Source of the DNA: Gammaproteobacteria bacterium
Lineage (GTDB): Bacteria; Pseudomonadota; Gammaproteobacteria; Eutrophobiales; Eutrophobiaceae
NCBI GenBank assembly: GCA_047517145.1
Contig: JAKZTI010000009.1
Span: 818 to 64,817, forward strand
Reading direction: 5' to 3'
DNA: 64,000 nucleotides
Below, in pieces: positions 51,769 through 61,211 of this stretch (positions are counted from its first letter, which is position 1; each line of letters opens with the position of its first letter). A model generated the notes under the pieces. The model was given only the letters and a program-made list of their open reading frames with translations. It was not told the DNA's origin and did no database searches. A program made the position numbers and the translations under genes.

Positions 51769-51845
51769 TGGCGCGCCCGACAGGATTTGAACCTGTGACC
51801 TTTGGTTTCGGAAACCAATACTCTATCCAACTGAGCTACGGGCGC
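51769..51845 (-). tRNA. tRNA-Arg (anticodon CCG)
   Basis: Minus-strand sequence GCGCCCGTAGCTCAGTTGGATAGAGTATTGGTTTCCGAAACCAAAGGTCACAGGTTCAAATCCTGTCGGGCGCGCCA folds as a cloverleaf. The anticodon loop is TTCCGAA, and it closely resembles E. coli argX. Confidence 0.92.
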
Positions 51846-51961
51846 ATATTCTTTACTTTGTAATTTTGAGAATATAGTTCTATCTTAAATAGCGCTTAGC
51901 GCTATCAACACTCTCGAAAACGTATTCCCGACGTTTTTTACCTCCTACATCCCTGTAGTCG

Positions 51962-51983
51962 TATCCAACTGAGCTACGGACGC
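51962..51983 (-). other. 22-nt partial copy of the tRNA-Arg 5' end (acceptor plus D-arm), 117 bp upstream of the tRNA
   Basis: Minus-strand GCGTCCGTAGCTCAGTTGGATA matches the first 22 nt of the tRNA at 21 of 22 positions. The rest does not fold as a tRNA. Confidence 0.6.
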
Positions 51984-52035
51984 GTAATCTGACTAAAACC
52001 GGGAAAAGGGTACCTTTTAGTCCAACTGGCGTCTA

Positions 52036-52061
52036 TACCCAAACTACTTGGAAATGCAGGT
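52036..52061 (+). repeat. 26-bp dispersed motif, copy 2 (TACCCAAACTACTTGGAAATGCAGGT)
   Basis: Matches copy 1 (30141) at 24 of 26 positions and copy 3 (56141) at 22 of 26. It lies upstream of the minus-strand tRNA-Arg leader region. Confidence 0.7.
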
Positions 52062-52192
52062 TTCAGAGTAACTTGGGGATATATGAAGTTTTCTCAGGTA
52101 ATAAGTGCAGGTATACTATCCTGCGATAACACATAACGAATTAAATAATAATACTTCACCTTTACCCCCCCTTTGTCACTGGAGAATAGAAA

Positions 52193-52714
52193 ATGAGTCA
52201 AGAACAAGATAAAGCATTTTTCAAAAATTTTTCCATCGTACTGCTTACCTTGGTTGGGCTCATGGCTATTTTCATGGTCCTGGGAGTTATGTTCGGCGGT
52301 ATTGAAAAATCCATCGAAGATGTTGCCGCAGAAACTATGGCAAACACTGCTCCCGTTGCCAAGGTGCAAATGCAAGGGGATGAACCTGAAGCTACACCAG
52401 CTACCGAAGGAAGCACTGCCATGGAAGAAAATACAGAAATGGCAGCCACTGGCAGCGATGACGCAGGCAAGGCAACCTATGACAGCATTTGTGTGGCATG
52501 TCATGGTTCGGGAATACCGGGGATACCTCAACTAGGTGATGCAGCTGCCTGGGCTCCTCGTATCGAACAGGGTAATGATGCACTGTATGAGCATGCCATT
52601 GTTGGTTATACAGGCGCTTCAGGTATGCCGATGCCAGCCAAAGGCGGAAATCCGGATCTGAGTGATGATGCTGTAAAAGCTGCTGTTGATTACATGGTCG
52701 TTAATAGTCAATAG
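52193..52714 (+). CDS. membrane-anchored cytochrome c5 (monoheme)
   Basis: 173 aa with an N-terminal TM anchor, an acidic linker and a CVACH heme site. Its c5 domain is about 88% identical to the c5 module of the 42541 fusion protein. Confidence 0.85.
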   Translation: MSQEQDKAFFKNFSIVLLTLVGLMAIFMVLGVMFGGIEKSIEDVAAETMANTAPVAKVQMQGDEPEATPATEGSTAMEENTEMAATGSDDAGKATYDSICVACHGSGIPGIPQLGDAAAWAPRIEQGNDALYEHAIVGYTGASGMPMPAKGGNPDLSDDAVKAAVDYMVVNSQ

Positions 52715-52739
52715 ATATCATTCATTTCGACATATAAAT

Positions 52740-52768
52740 AAGGAGGCTTTTGCCTCCTTTTTTATTTT
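52740..52768 (+). terminator. rho-independent terminator after cytochrome c5
   Basis: AGGAGGC-tttt-GCCTCCT hairpin followed by TTTTTATTTT. Confidence 0.8.
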
Positions 52769-52793
52769 AGGCAACCATTCAGGCTAACTTAAC

Positions 52794-53915
52794 TCATTCT
52801 CTTAACGCCTTTTGATAGGCTTCGTCAGACATCTTGCTCCACTCTTTGTAACTCTCACTGAATCCCGTATAGGCGTCGTAGACTCGTTTGAATTTAGCAT
52901 TCTTGGATGCCTCATCATCCAATGTTTCTTTGGTCAGGCGTTTTAACTCTGCCAATACTTCAGGGGGAAACTCCAGTACTTCAATATTCTGTTTTAAGTG
53001 TAATTCTTGTAATGCTGCTTGATTGTGGAATTCCATCTGCGCATATATCCATTGACTCACTGCTGCTGCAGCTGTCTCAACCATCAATTGCAAATCCTCA
53101 GGCAATTGCGCCCAGGCGTGACTGTTAATCATCAGCTCAAACTCTGTGCCCGGTTCATGCCAGCCCGGGAAATAATAATATTTTGCTGCCCGATTCAGGC
53201 CGAGACGCATATCGTGAAACGGTGCGACCCATTCCGTCGCGTCAATCGTTCCACGTTCCAGTGCGGTGTAGACCTCACTGCCGGGTAACAAGACCGGGTT
53301 CCCTCCAGCACGCTTGAAGACCTTGCCGCCCAGCCCAGGAATACGCATACGCAAACCTTTGATGTCCTCTATTGACTCGATCTTTTTATTAAACCAGCCA
53401 CCCATTTGCACACCGGTATTGCCCATCGGCATCGGCACCAGATTGAAGGGTGCGTAAACTTCCTTCCAGAGATCAAGACCTCCACCATTATAAAGCCAGG
53501 CATTCATCCCTTTGGCTGTCATGCCAAAAGGAACTGACGAAAAGAACTGTGCTTCAGGGACCTTGCCAGCCCAGTAATAGGCTGAGCCATGACCCATCTC
53601 TATGGTTCCCTGTGATACGGCATCAAAAACTTGTAAAGGTGGCACCAGTTCACCACCTGCATAGACATGAATATCCAAACGACCCTGACTCATGGTCTTT
53701 ACATCTGCGGCAAATTTCTCAGCGCCTTCCTGGAAGATAGGAAAGTTGGCTGGCCAGGTCGTCACCATTTTCCATTTAAATGTCTGCTGACTTGTGTCTG
53801 TCGTTGCGCCTGCAGTCTGCCCACTGTCTGATCCACCACAAGCGGTAAAGAAAAAGCATAAACCTACGACAGCCCACTGAAATAACTTCAATATATTCTT
53901 TTCCTGTTCGTTCAT
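52794..53915 (-). CDS. DctP-type TRAP substrate-binding protein, lipoprotein, with no adjacent DctQ/M permease genes
   Basis: 373 aa with a lipobox (FFFTACGGS) and a DctP-family fold. The flanking genes are cytochrome c5 and uvrD. Confidence 0.7.
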   Translation of the reverse strand: MNEQEKNILKLFQWAVVGLCFFFTACGGSDSGQTAGATTDTSQQTFKWKMVTTWPANFPIFQEGAEKFAADVKTMSQGRLDIHVYAGGELVPPLQVFDAVSQGTIEMGHGSAYYWAGKVPEAQFFSSVPFGMTAKGMNAWLYNGGGLDLWKEVYAPFNLVPMPMGNTGVQMGGWFNKKIESIEDIKGLRMRIPGLGGKVFKRAGGNPVLLPGSEVYTALERGTIDATEWVAPFHDMRLGLNRAAKYYYFPGWHEPGTEFELMINSHAWAQLPEDLQLMVETAAAAVSQWIYAQMEFHNQAALQELHLKQNIEVLEFPPEVLAELKRLTKETLDDEASKNAKFKRVYDAYTGFSESYKEWSKMSDEAYQKALRE

Positions 53916-53939
53916 TATTATTTTATAATCAATTATGTA

Positions 53940-56108
53940 TCAGGCCGTTTCCAGATTTGCATATTCCGCCACCAGCCATTTACTGCCTGCTTCCTCAAAA
54001 TTAACCTGAACCCTGGTGCTTCCTCCTGAACCTTCAAGGTTCAAAATGATACCCTCGCCAAACTTTGCATGGGACACACGTTGTCCTAGTGTGTAGTCAC
54101 TACTGCCATCAGTAATCGTGCCGTTTGATCTTGAACGAACAAACATCGGTTCGGTAATCGATCCACCCATACGCACTTCATCGACTAACTCCTCAGGCAA
54201 CTCGCTAATGAAACGTGAAGGTTGTGGATAGTAATCCTGTCCATGTAAGCGCCGGTGTTGTGTATATACCATCGTCAACGCCTTTTCAGCACGGGTAATG
54301 CCCACATAACAGAGACGTCTTTCTTCTTCTAATTGTGTCAAATCTTCCATGCTGCGTTGATGTGGAAATAATCCTTCTTCCATGCCGATCAAATACACAT
54401 TGGGAAACTCCAGACCTTTGGCAGAATGCAAGGTCATTAAATTCACGCAATCAGTATGAGCATCTGCCTGGGTTTCACCTGACTCCAGGGCGGCGTGCGC
54501 AAGAAATGCCTGCAAAGGCTCCATGTCTTGCAACATTTCATCCTCATCCGTATTAAATTCTTCCGCAGCATTCACCAGTTCTTCCATGTTTTCGATACGC
54601 GCCAAACCACGTTCACCTTTCTCTTTGCGATAATGTTCAATCAGACCACTAGCTTTGATCACATTATCCACCACTTCATCCAGAGACAGTCCCTTGTTTT
54701 CTCCCATAAGGGTGATCAAACGTATAAAACTTTCCAGCGCATTCAAGGCCCGGGCACTGAGTAATTTATCTCTCATAATATTTTGTGCCGCTTGCCACAG
54801 CGAACATTTTTCCTGGCGGGAAATACTTCTAAGTTCTTCGACAGTCCGCTGACCTATGCCTCTGGTCGGGGTGTTAACGATACGTTCAAATGAGACATCA
54901 TCATCTGAAAACGTAGAAAGACGAACATAGGCCAGGGCATCTTTAATTTCAGCGCGTTCATAGAAACGCATGCCGCCATAAACACGATAAGGAATACTGG
55001 CACGCATCAGACTTTCTTCAACGACACGCGACTGGGCACTGACACGATACAACACGGCACTGTCTTTATAATGACCTGTTTTGCCTTGCCAGCTAGATAT
55101 TTGTTCGACTACATAACGGGCTTCATCATGTTCGTTATAGCCATTATATAAAGCGATCTTTTCGCCACTTTCACCATCGGTCCACAATTTTTTGCCTAAA
55201 CGCGAGTTATTATTAGTGATCAGTGCATTGGCAGCATTTAATATGTTCGCGGTCGAACGATAGTTCTGTTCAAGCTTGATCAGTAATGGATTTGAAAAAT
55301 CTTTTTTGAATTGCTGCATGTTCTCAACGCGCGCACCGCGCCAACTGTAGATCGATTGATCATCATCACCAACTGCAAACAGGGATCCCTTATTACCTAC
55401 TAATAATCTCAACCATGCATATTGCAAAGAGTTAGTATCCTGAAATTCATCGACCAGGACAAAACGAAAACGATCACGATACTGCTCCAGTATGTTCTTA
55501 TGATCACGAAATAATTCATGAGCACGTAATAATAATTCTGCAAAATCCACCACACCGGAGCGATTACAGAGATCTTCATAGGCCTGATAGATTCGAATCA
55601 TCTGATGCAATGTATGATCACCATGATCGTCAATATGCTGCGGCCTTAATCCATCATCCTTTCGTGCATTAATAAACCACTGCACTTCTCTTGGCGGACA
55701 ATTTGATTCATCTATTTCCATGGAGCGTAGCAGGCGGCGAATGGTACGATATTGATCATCACTATCCAGAATGGTAAAATTTTGTGGCAACCCGGCTTCT
55801 TGCCAGTGCGCACGCAGGATACGGTGGGTCAGACCATGAAACGTACCCACCCACATGCCCCCAGCGGGTGCATCCAATAAGGTTTCAATACGTGAACGCA
55901 TCTCAGCCGCGGCCTTGTTGGTAAAGGTCACTGCCAGGATACCAAAGGGACTGGATTGGTAGGTTTGAATGTACCAGGCAATGCGATGTACCAGAACACG
56001 GGTTTTACCACTTCCGGCTCCCGCCAATACCATAATGTTTCCGGCAGGCGCAGCAACAGCTTCGCGTTGAGATTCGTTGAGGGTATCTAAAACCAGAGAA
56101 ACATCCAT
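53940..56108 (-). CDS. uvrD: DNA helicase II
   Basis: The N-terminus MDVSLVLDTLNESQREAVAAPAGNIMVLAGAGSGKTRVLVHRIAW is nearly colinear with E. coli UvrD. Start set to the MDVS Met at 56108 rather than the TTG at 56147. Confidence 0.92.
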   Translation of the reverse strand: MDVSLVLDTLNESQREAVAAPAGNIMVLAGAGSGKTRVLVHRIAWYIQTYQSSPFGILAVTFTNKAAAEMRSRIETLLDAPAGGMWVGTFHGLTHRILRAHWQEAGLPQNFTILDSDDQYRTIRRLLRSMEIDESNCPPREVQWFINARKDDGLRPQHIDDHGDHTLHQMIRIYQAYEDLCNRSGVVDFAELLLRAHELFRDHKNILEQYRDRFRFVLVDEFQDTNSLQYAWLRLLVGNKGSLFAVGDDDQSIYSWRGARVENMQQFKKDFSNPLLIKLEQNYRSTANILNAANALITNNNSRLGKKLWTDGESGEKIALYNGYNEHDEARYVVEQISSWQGKTGHYKDSAVLYRVSAQSRVVEESLMRASIPYRVYGGMRFYERAEIKDALAYVRLSTFSDDDVSFERIVNTPTRGIGQRTVEELRSISRQEKCSLWQAAQNIMRDKLLSARALNALESFIRLITLMGENKGLSLDEVVDNVIKASGLIEHYRKEKGERGLARIENMEELVNAAEEFNTDEDEMLQDMEPLQAFLAHAALESGETQADAHTDCVNLMTLHSAKGLEFPNVYLIGMEEGLFPHQRSMEDLTQLEEERRLCYVGITRAEKALTMVYTQHRRLHGQDYYPQPSRFISELPEELVDEVRMGGSITEPMFVRSRSNGTITDGSSDYTLGQRVSHAKFGEGIILNLEGSGGSTRVQVNFEEAGSKWLVAEYANLETA

Positions 56109-56140
56109 GGCGGATGATTTTAACAAACCTTCGGTCTTAA

Positions 56141-56166
56141 TACCCAAACTACTTGGAAATATAGAT
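56141..56166 (+). repeat. 26-bp dispersed motif, copy 3 (TACCCAAACTACTTGGAAATATAGAT)
   Basis: Lies 33 bp upstream of the uvrD start codon on the minus strand, in the divergent uvrD/pmbA intergenic region. Confidence 0.7.
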
Positions 56167-56224
56167 GTTAATATGCGTTTTTATTTTTAATCAGACCAGT
56201 TAGACAGGCAGCGTAAATATAAGA

Positions 56225-57562
56225 ATGAATCGTCGTATTCAACAGGAAAGAGAAGAACTCACAGGCATCATCCAGAAAATTCTTGACGAAGCGAAACGAC
56301 AGGGGGCCACTGCTGCAGAAGCAGACATTGGCACCGGTGCTGGCCTCACAGTGACGACACGTTTGGGTGAAGTCGAAAAAATAGAACACGAGCGTGACAA
56401 AGGTCTCGGTGTAACTGTCTTCATTGGACATCAAAAAGGCAGTGCCAGCAGCTCTGACTTTAGTGCAGCGGCAATCAAGGAAACTGTCACGGCCGCCTGT
56501 AATATTGCCAGGTTTGCCAGTGAAGATGAGTACGCCGGTCTGCCGGATGCCGAACTCATGGCATCAGATACCCCTGAACTGGATCTCTATCATCCCTGGC
56601 AGATAGCACCTGAAGAAGCTATTCAACTGGCCGTTGATTGTGAAGCTATCGCCAGAGATGAAGATAAGCGGATTAATAATTCTGATGGCACCTCGTTAAG
56701 CACCTATGCCGGCAATCATTTTTATGGCAATACCCATGGCTTTATCGACGGCTGGCATTGGTCAAGTCATTCCATCGATTGCACAGTCATTGCGGAAACC
56801 AGTAACGGCATGCAGCGAGATGGCTGGTACAGCAAGGCACGTAATAAAGATGATCTGCAAAGTATTCAGGAGATAGGTAAAGAAGCCGCGAAAAGAACTG
56901 CCCAGCGTCTGGATGCAAAAAAATTATCAACTCGACAATGTCCTGTGATCTTTGAAGCACCAATTGCATCAGGTTTGTTTTCTGCATTTATCACTGCAAT
57001 CTCCGGTGGCAGTCTCTACCGCAAGGCCAGTTTTCTGTTAGATAAAATTGATGAACAGGTATTCGCCAACCATATCCACATCCATGAACGACCCCATATT
57101 AAAGGTGCGCTAGGCAGTGCCCCTTTTGACAACGAAGGAATGGCCACAAGAAACCGCGATTTAATTATCAATGGCGTCTTGCAGGGTTATGTACTCAGCA
57201 GTTATTCAGCAAGAAAGCTTGGCCTGCAACCCACCGCCAATGCAGGCGGCGTGCATAACCTCACCATCGATACCAGCGAACACAATCTGGAAGAACTGAT
57301 TAAACAAATGGATACTGGTCTCTTCATCACCGACATGATCGGTTTTGGAGTCAATCAAATTACTGGAGACTATTCACGCGGCGCTTCTGGTTTCTGGGTT
57401 GAAAATGGTGAACTGCAATATCCCGTCGAAGAGATCACTGTTGCTGGTAATCTCACTGAAATGTACAAACAGATCGTACACATTGGTAATGATGTTGATC
57501 CTAGAGGGAATGTTCTGACAGGCTCAGTGTTGATTGAGAATATGACGGTCGCAGGGGAGTAG
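56225..57562 (+). CDS. pmbA: metalloprotease PmbA/TldE
   Basis: 445 aa with PmbA/TldD family architecture. Confidence 0.88.
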   Translation: MNRRIQQEREELTGIIQKILDEAKRQGATAAEADIGTGAGLTVTTRLGEVEKIEHERDKGLGVTVFIGHQKGSASSSDFSAAAIKETVTAACNIARFASEDEYAGLPDAELMASDTPELDLYHPWQIAPEEAIQLAVDCEAIARDEDKRINNSDGTSLSTYAGNHFYGNTHGFIDGWHWSSHSIDCTVIAETSNGMQRDGWYSKARNKDDLQSIQEIGKEAAKRTAQRLDAKKLSTRQCPVIFEAPIASGLFSAFITAISGGSLYRKASFLLDKIDEQVFANHIHIHERPHIKGALGSAPFDNEGMATRNRDLIINGVLQGYVLSSYSARKLGLQPTANAGGVHNLTIDTSEHNLEELIKQMDTGLFITDMIGFGVNQITGDYSRGASGFWVENGELQYPVEEITVAGNLTEMYKQIVHIGNDVDPRGNVLTGSVLIENMTVAGE

Positions 57563-57604
57563 TCGTATTTAATTTTTCCGATCTGCTTTATATTGAGAAA
57601 TGGT

Positions 57605-57663
57605 CTTGCCCTGTACGGCAAGTACCTTCTTTTTGAAAAGAAGGTACTCGCCGTTTAGGGCGA
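57605..57663. terminator. cluster of three adjacent palindromic hairpins between the convergent pmbA and sthA genes
   Basis: CTTGCC-ctgtac-GGCAAG, then GTACCTTCTTTT-tg-AAAAGAAGGTAC (12-bp perfect stem), then TCGCC-gtttag-GGCGA. A-runs and T-runs flank the cluster. Confidence 0.6.
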
Positions 57664-57682
57664 AACCAATACTAAAAAAACA

Positions 57683-59074
57683 TTAATCCTTCGGGAACCT
57701 GTTATAGGCATCCAACGCCGCTACCTTATAAGCCTCCGCCAAGGTCGGATAATTAAACACAGTGGTGACAAAATAATCCAAAGTCCCCTCCAGGGACAAC
57801 ACTGCTTGCCCGATATGCACCAACTCCGTCGCGCCTTCACCAACAATATGTACGCCAAGTAATTTTCTATCTTCCAGGCTGAATAACATCTTCAATATCC
57901 CTTCACGTAAGCCAAGTATCTGCCCTCGGGCAATCTCACGAAAACGGGCAGTGCCTGTTTCATAGGGGATACCTTTTTCCTTTGCTTCCTGCTCAGTCAT
58001 ACCGACCATACTCATTTCAGGCACCGCATAAATACCTATAGGAAAAAATTCAATATTACTCACGGTATCTCCACCAAAGGCATGACATGCTGCATGTCGA
58101 CCCTGCTCCATTGAAGTAGACGCCAGACTTGGAAAACCTATGACATCACCTGCCGCATAAATATGCTCAACTTCGGTTTGGTAATGTTCGTTAACAACTA
58201 AACGTCCGCGGTCATCGGCACTTATTCCAGCGTTTTCAACTTTTAGACTGCCGGTGCTGCCTTGCCTACCCGCCGCAAACAACACCATATCTGCACAAAC
58301 CTGTTTACCACTTTTTAAAGTGACTTTTGCCCGATCTCGATCATCACGCTCAATGGAAGTTACTGTTTCTCCCAGACGTACGGTCATATTTCGATCACGC
58401 ATATTATGGATAAATTCATCAACAATTTCATCATCAAGAAAATCCATCATCTTGTCGCGACTATCAAGCAGGGTAACTTCGATATCCAGCGCACTAAAAA
58501 TTGATGCGTATTCTGCACCAATCACACCGGCACCCACTACCACCATACTATGTGGTAGATCTGTCAATTTCAGAATACCATCACTGTCCAGCACTACATT
58601 ATTATCAAAGGGAATATGATCTGGACGGGCAGGTGTTGTACCTGTGGCAACTAGAATTATATCTGCTCTGATTTCTCTTTGTAGATCATCACCTGTTTCT
58701 ATGAGAATAGTATGCGGATCAATAAAGGAAGCCATACCACCGATGACATCAACCCGGTTACGAAATAATTGGTGTTGTAATGTTTCAACCTGACCACGAA
58801 TGGTAGTGTCCAGTCTTTGGGTAAGATCCTCTGCAGTAATATATTGTTTTGTCCTGTAACTACGGCCGTAGAATCCGCGTTGTCTCCAGCCGCTCAGATA
58901 AAGCACTGCTTCCCTTAAAGTCTTGCTTGGGATAGTACCTGTATGTAGGGAAACCCCGCCGATAAGAAAGCTTTTATCGACGATAGCTGCTTTCTTGCCA
59001 AGCTTGGCCGCCTGTATTGAAGCGCGTTGACCCGCGGGGCCACTACCAATAACCAGTAAGTCATAACTTTCCAA
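57683..59074 (-). CDS. sthA: soluble pyridine nucleotide transhydrogenase (Si-specific NAD(P)+ transhydrogenase)
   Basis: 463 aa with a FAD-binding GxGxxG motif (VIGSGPAG), a second NAD(P)-binding Rossmann fold and an SthA/UdhA-like sequence. Confidence 0.9.
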   Translation of the reverse strand: MESYDLLVIGSGPAGQRASIQAAKLGKKAAIVDKSFLIGGVSLHTGTIPSKTLREAVLYLSGWRQRGFYGRSYRTKQYITAEDLTQRLDTTIRGQVETLQHQLFRNRVDVIGGMASFIDPHTILIETGDDLQREIRADIILVATGTTPARPDHIPFDNNVVLDSDGILKLTDLPHSMVVVGAGVIGAEYASIFSALDIEVTLLDSRDKMMDFLDDEIVDEFIHNMRDRNMTVRLGETVTSIERDDRDRAKVTLKSGKQVCADMVLFAAGRQGSTGSLKVENAGISADDRGRLVVNEHYQTEVEHIYAAGDVIGFPSLASTSMEQGRHAACHAFGGDTVSNIEFFPIGIYAVPEMSMVGMTEQEAKEKGIPYETGTARFREIARGQILGLREGILKMLFSLEDRKLLGVHIVGEGATELVHIGQAVLSLEGTLDYFVTTVFNYPTLAEAYKVAALDAYNRFPKD

Positions 59075-59216
59075 AACTATTCTCCCCGGATAATTTCCCC
59101 AGAATAATCATCAGAATTAATGTTTCCCGAAATGTATCAGGAATCGATTGGAATTCGAACCATCAGAGCAGTATTATGAACCTATTCTTACAGTCTGTTC
59201 AAAGAACTTTTGAAGG

Positions 59217-60185
59217 ATGGCATTTGCAATTATGAATAGCGCACAGCTAGACACAGCAGTCACAAACACCAAAGAAACCCTGGACAACATTGTCGAAGAG
59301 ATTGGTCGTGTCATTCTTGGTAAAGAACAGGCCATACGTTTATCACTTACCTGTCTACTCGCTCGTGGTCATCTACTGATCGAAGATTTGCCTGGCCTAG
59401 GTAAAACCACATTATCACATGTGCTTGCCAGTACCCTGGGACTAGATTATCAGCGCATTCAGTTCACCAGTGATCTCTTGCCCGCGGATATTCTGGGTAT
59501 TTCAATCTATGATCGAGACTCTAGCTCCTTCAGTTTTCATCCTGGCCCAATCTTTAATCAGTTAATTCTTGCTGATGAAGTTAACCGTGCAACGCCGAGA
59601 GCACAAAGCGCCTTGCTTGAAGCCATGGAAGAAAGTCAGGTCACTGTAGAAGGAAAAACACGCGCCTTGCCAGAACCATTCTTTGTGATTGCTACGCAAA
59701 ACCCTTCAAATCAAGTGGGGACATTCCCCTTACCAGAATCACAACTGGATCGATTCACCATGCGTATCAAGTTAGGTTACCCAAACAACGAAGCTGAACG
59801 AGAATTATTGAAAGGCAGCGATCGCCGACAACTGCTAAAGCGCATTAAGCCGACGATAGGTTCAGTGCAATTAATAGCGATGCAACAACAAGCAGAATCC
59901 ATTCATGTTGCAGAGGCATTACTGGATTATTTACAGGATTTGCTGGATTACAGTCGGCGCAGTGCTGATTATACCAATGGGCTTTCTCCACGCGCCGGTC
60001 TGGCAGTGCTTCGATGTGCCAGGGCATGGGCGTTGATACATGGTCATCCACAAGTACTGCCGGAAGACATACAACAGGTCTTACCTAGCATCATCAGTCA
60101 CCGACTCAATAGTGTTCATGATAATGGACAGCTAACACAGGAAGACAATGCTACTCACCTAATCAAACAAGTGCCTATCCCCTGA
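59217..60185 (+). CDS. moxR: MoxR-family AAA+ ATPase
   Basis: 322 aa with Walker A (PGLGKT) and Walker B (LADEVNRA) motifs. Confidence 0.88.
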   Translation: MAFAIMNSAQLDTAVTNTKETLDNIVEEIGRVILGKEQAIRLSLTCLLARGHLLIEDLPGLGKTTLSHVLASTLGLDYQRIQFTSDLLPADILGISIYDRDSSSFSFHPGPIFNQLILADEVNRATPRAQSALLEAMEESQVTVEGKTRALPEPFFVIATQNPSNQVGTFPLPESQLDRFTMRIKLGYPNNEAERELLKGSDRRQLLKRIKPTIGSVQLIAMQQQAESIHVAEALLDYLQDLLDYSRRSADYTNGLSPRAGLAVLRCARAWALIHGHPQVLPEDIQQVLPSIISHRLNSVHDNGQLTQEDNATHLIKQVPIP

Positions 60186-61201
60186 TGTCAGAAACTGTTG
60201 TCCTTGAGCAATACCCTTTTTCTGCACGTCAGACAACAGCAGAAAACAGGGAGATTACAAAACAACGAGTTTACATTATGCCCACACGGCATGGTGCTGT
60301 TTTCGGATTGATGTTATTTGCCATGGCCCTGGGTGCTATTAATTACAACAACAGCATGGCATATATCCTTACCTTCCTGCTCAGTTCTTTATCCCTTGTC
60401 ACCCTGTTGCATACCTGCAAAAACCTTGCAGGTATACAAATTAAGCAGGCACCTGCCTCACCTGTTTTTGCCGGGGAACTGGCAAAATTTCCATTAATAC
60501 TGGATAACCGTAATAGTCAATTACGTCTTTCTATTTCTTTCATTAAAACGAAAAAAAAGTGGCGACTGCTTGCGGACGTTTTGACCTCGACTGGAAATGA
60601 AATTCCTATAACATCTTGTGACATTGATGCGAATAAATTCAATCGTATTGATTTACCAGTCAAAGCTGAACAACGAGGATTGCTCTATGCAGGTCGCATC
60701 AAGGTATTCACCACATTTCCTTTAGGCTTGTTCAAGGCATGGTCATATATAGATATGAAACAACCTTGTCTGGTTTATCCCAAACCTGCAGGTCAAAAGT
60801 TTTTTCCACCATTTAAACTCACCGAGGAAATTGGTATTCAGGGTAATGCTTCTGGAACGGATGATTTTATAGGCTTCCGGAATTATCGGGCAGGTGACTC
60901 AATCAAGAATATTGCCTGGAAGGCTTATGCTCAGCAAAAAGGTTTATTTGTAAAACGGTTTAGTGGTTCTGGCGCAAACAAACTCCACTTGAGCTGGAGT
61001 GATGTTTCAAACCTGCCTAATGTCGAAATACGGCTTTCACAACTATGTCTATGGATCATTAAAGCAGAATCACAATCCCTGCAATATAGTCTCGAACTCA
61101 CCGAGGTTTTTATTGATACCGGCCATGGGGAAGATCACCAGCACTCGTGTTTATCTGCTCTGGCTCATCACAACCTTAAGAATAAAAATCCGGAAAAATA
61201 A
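60185..61201 (+). CDS. DUF58-domain protein (vWA-like, MoxR partner)
   Basis: 338 aa with an N-terminal TM hairpin. Lies in the conserved MoxR-DUF58-transglutaminase operon. Confidence 0.78.
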   Translation: MSETVVLEQYPFSARQTTAENREITKQRVYIMPTRHGAVFGLMLFAMALGAINYNNSMAYILTFLLSSLSLVTLLHTCKNLAGIQIKQAPASPVFAGELAKFPLILDNRNSQLRLSISFIKTKKKWRLLADVLTSTGNEIPITSCDIDANKFNRIDLPVKAEQRGLLYAGRIKVFTTFPLGLFKAWSYIDMKQPCLVYPKPAGQKFFPPFKLTEEIGIQGNASGTDDFIGFRNYRAGDSIKNIAWKAYAQQKGLFVKRFSGSGANKLHLSWSDVSNLPNVEIRLSQLCLWIIKAESQSLQYSLELTEVFIDTGHGEDHQHSCLSALAHHNLKNKNPEK

Positions 61202-61211
61202 TTCTACCCTG

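Noticed and set aside
51962-51983. A second complete tRNA gene upstream of tRNA-Arg
   Set aside because: Only the acceptor 5' strand and D-arm are present. The downstream sequence cannot form anticodon or T arms.
52094-52531. 145-aa minus-strand ORF overlapping the start of the cytochrome c5 gene
   Set aside because: It is antisense to a well-supported cytochrome gene, Cys/His-rich by reverse-complement artefact, and has no RBS or homology.
56141-56147. Longer uvrD N-terminus starting at a TTG at 56147 (MGIKTEGLLKSSA…)
   Set aside because: The MDVS… start at 56108 is colinear with E. coli UvrD. The TTG start would sit inside the conserved 26-bp upstream motif.
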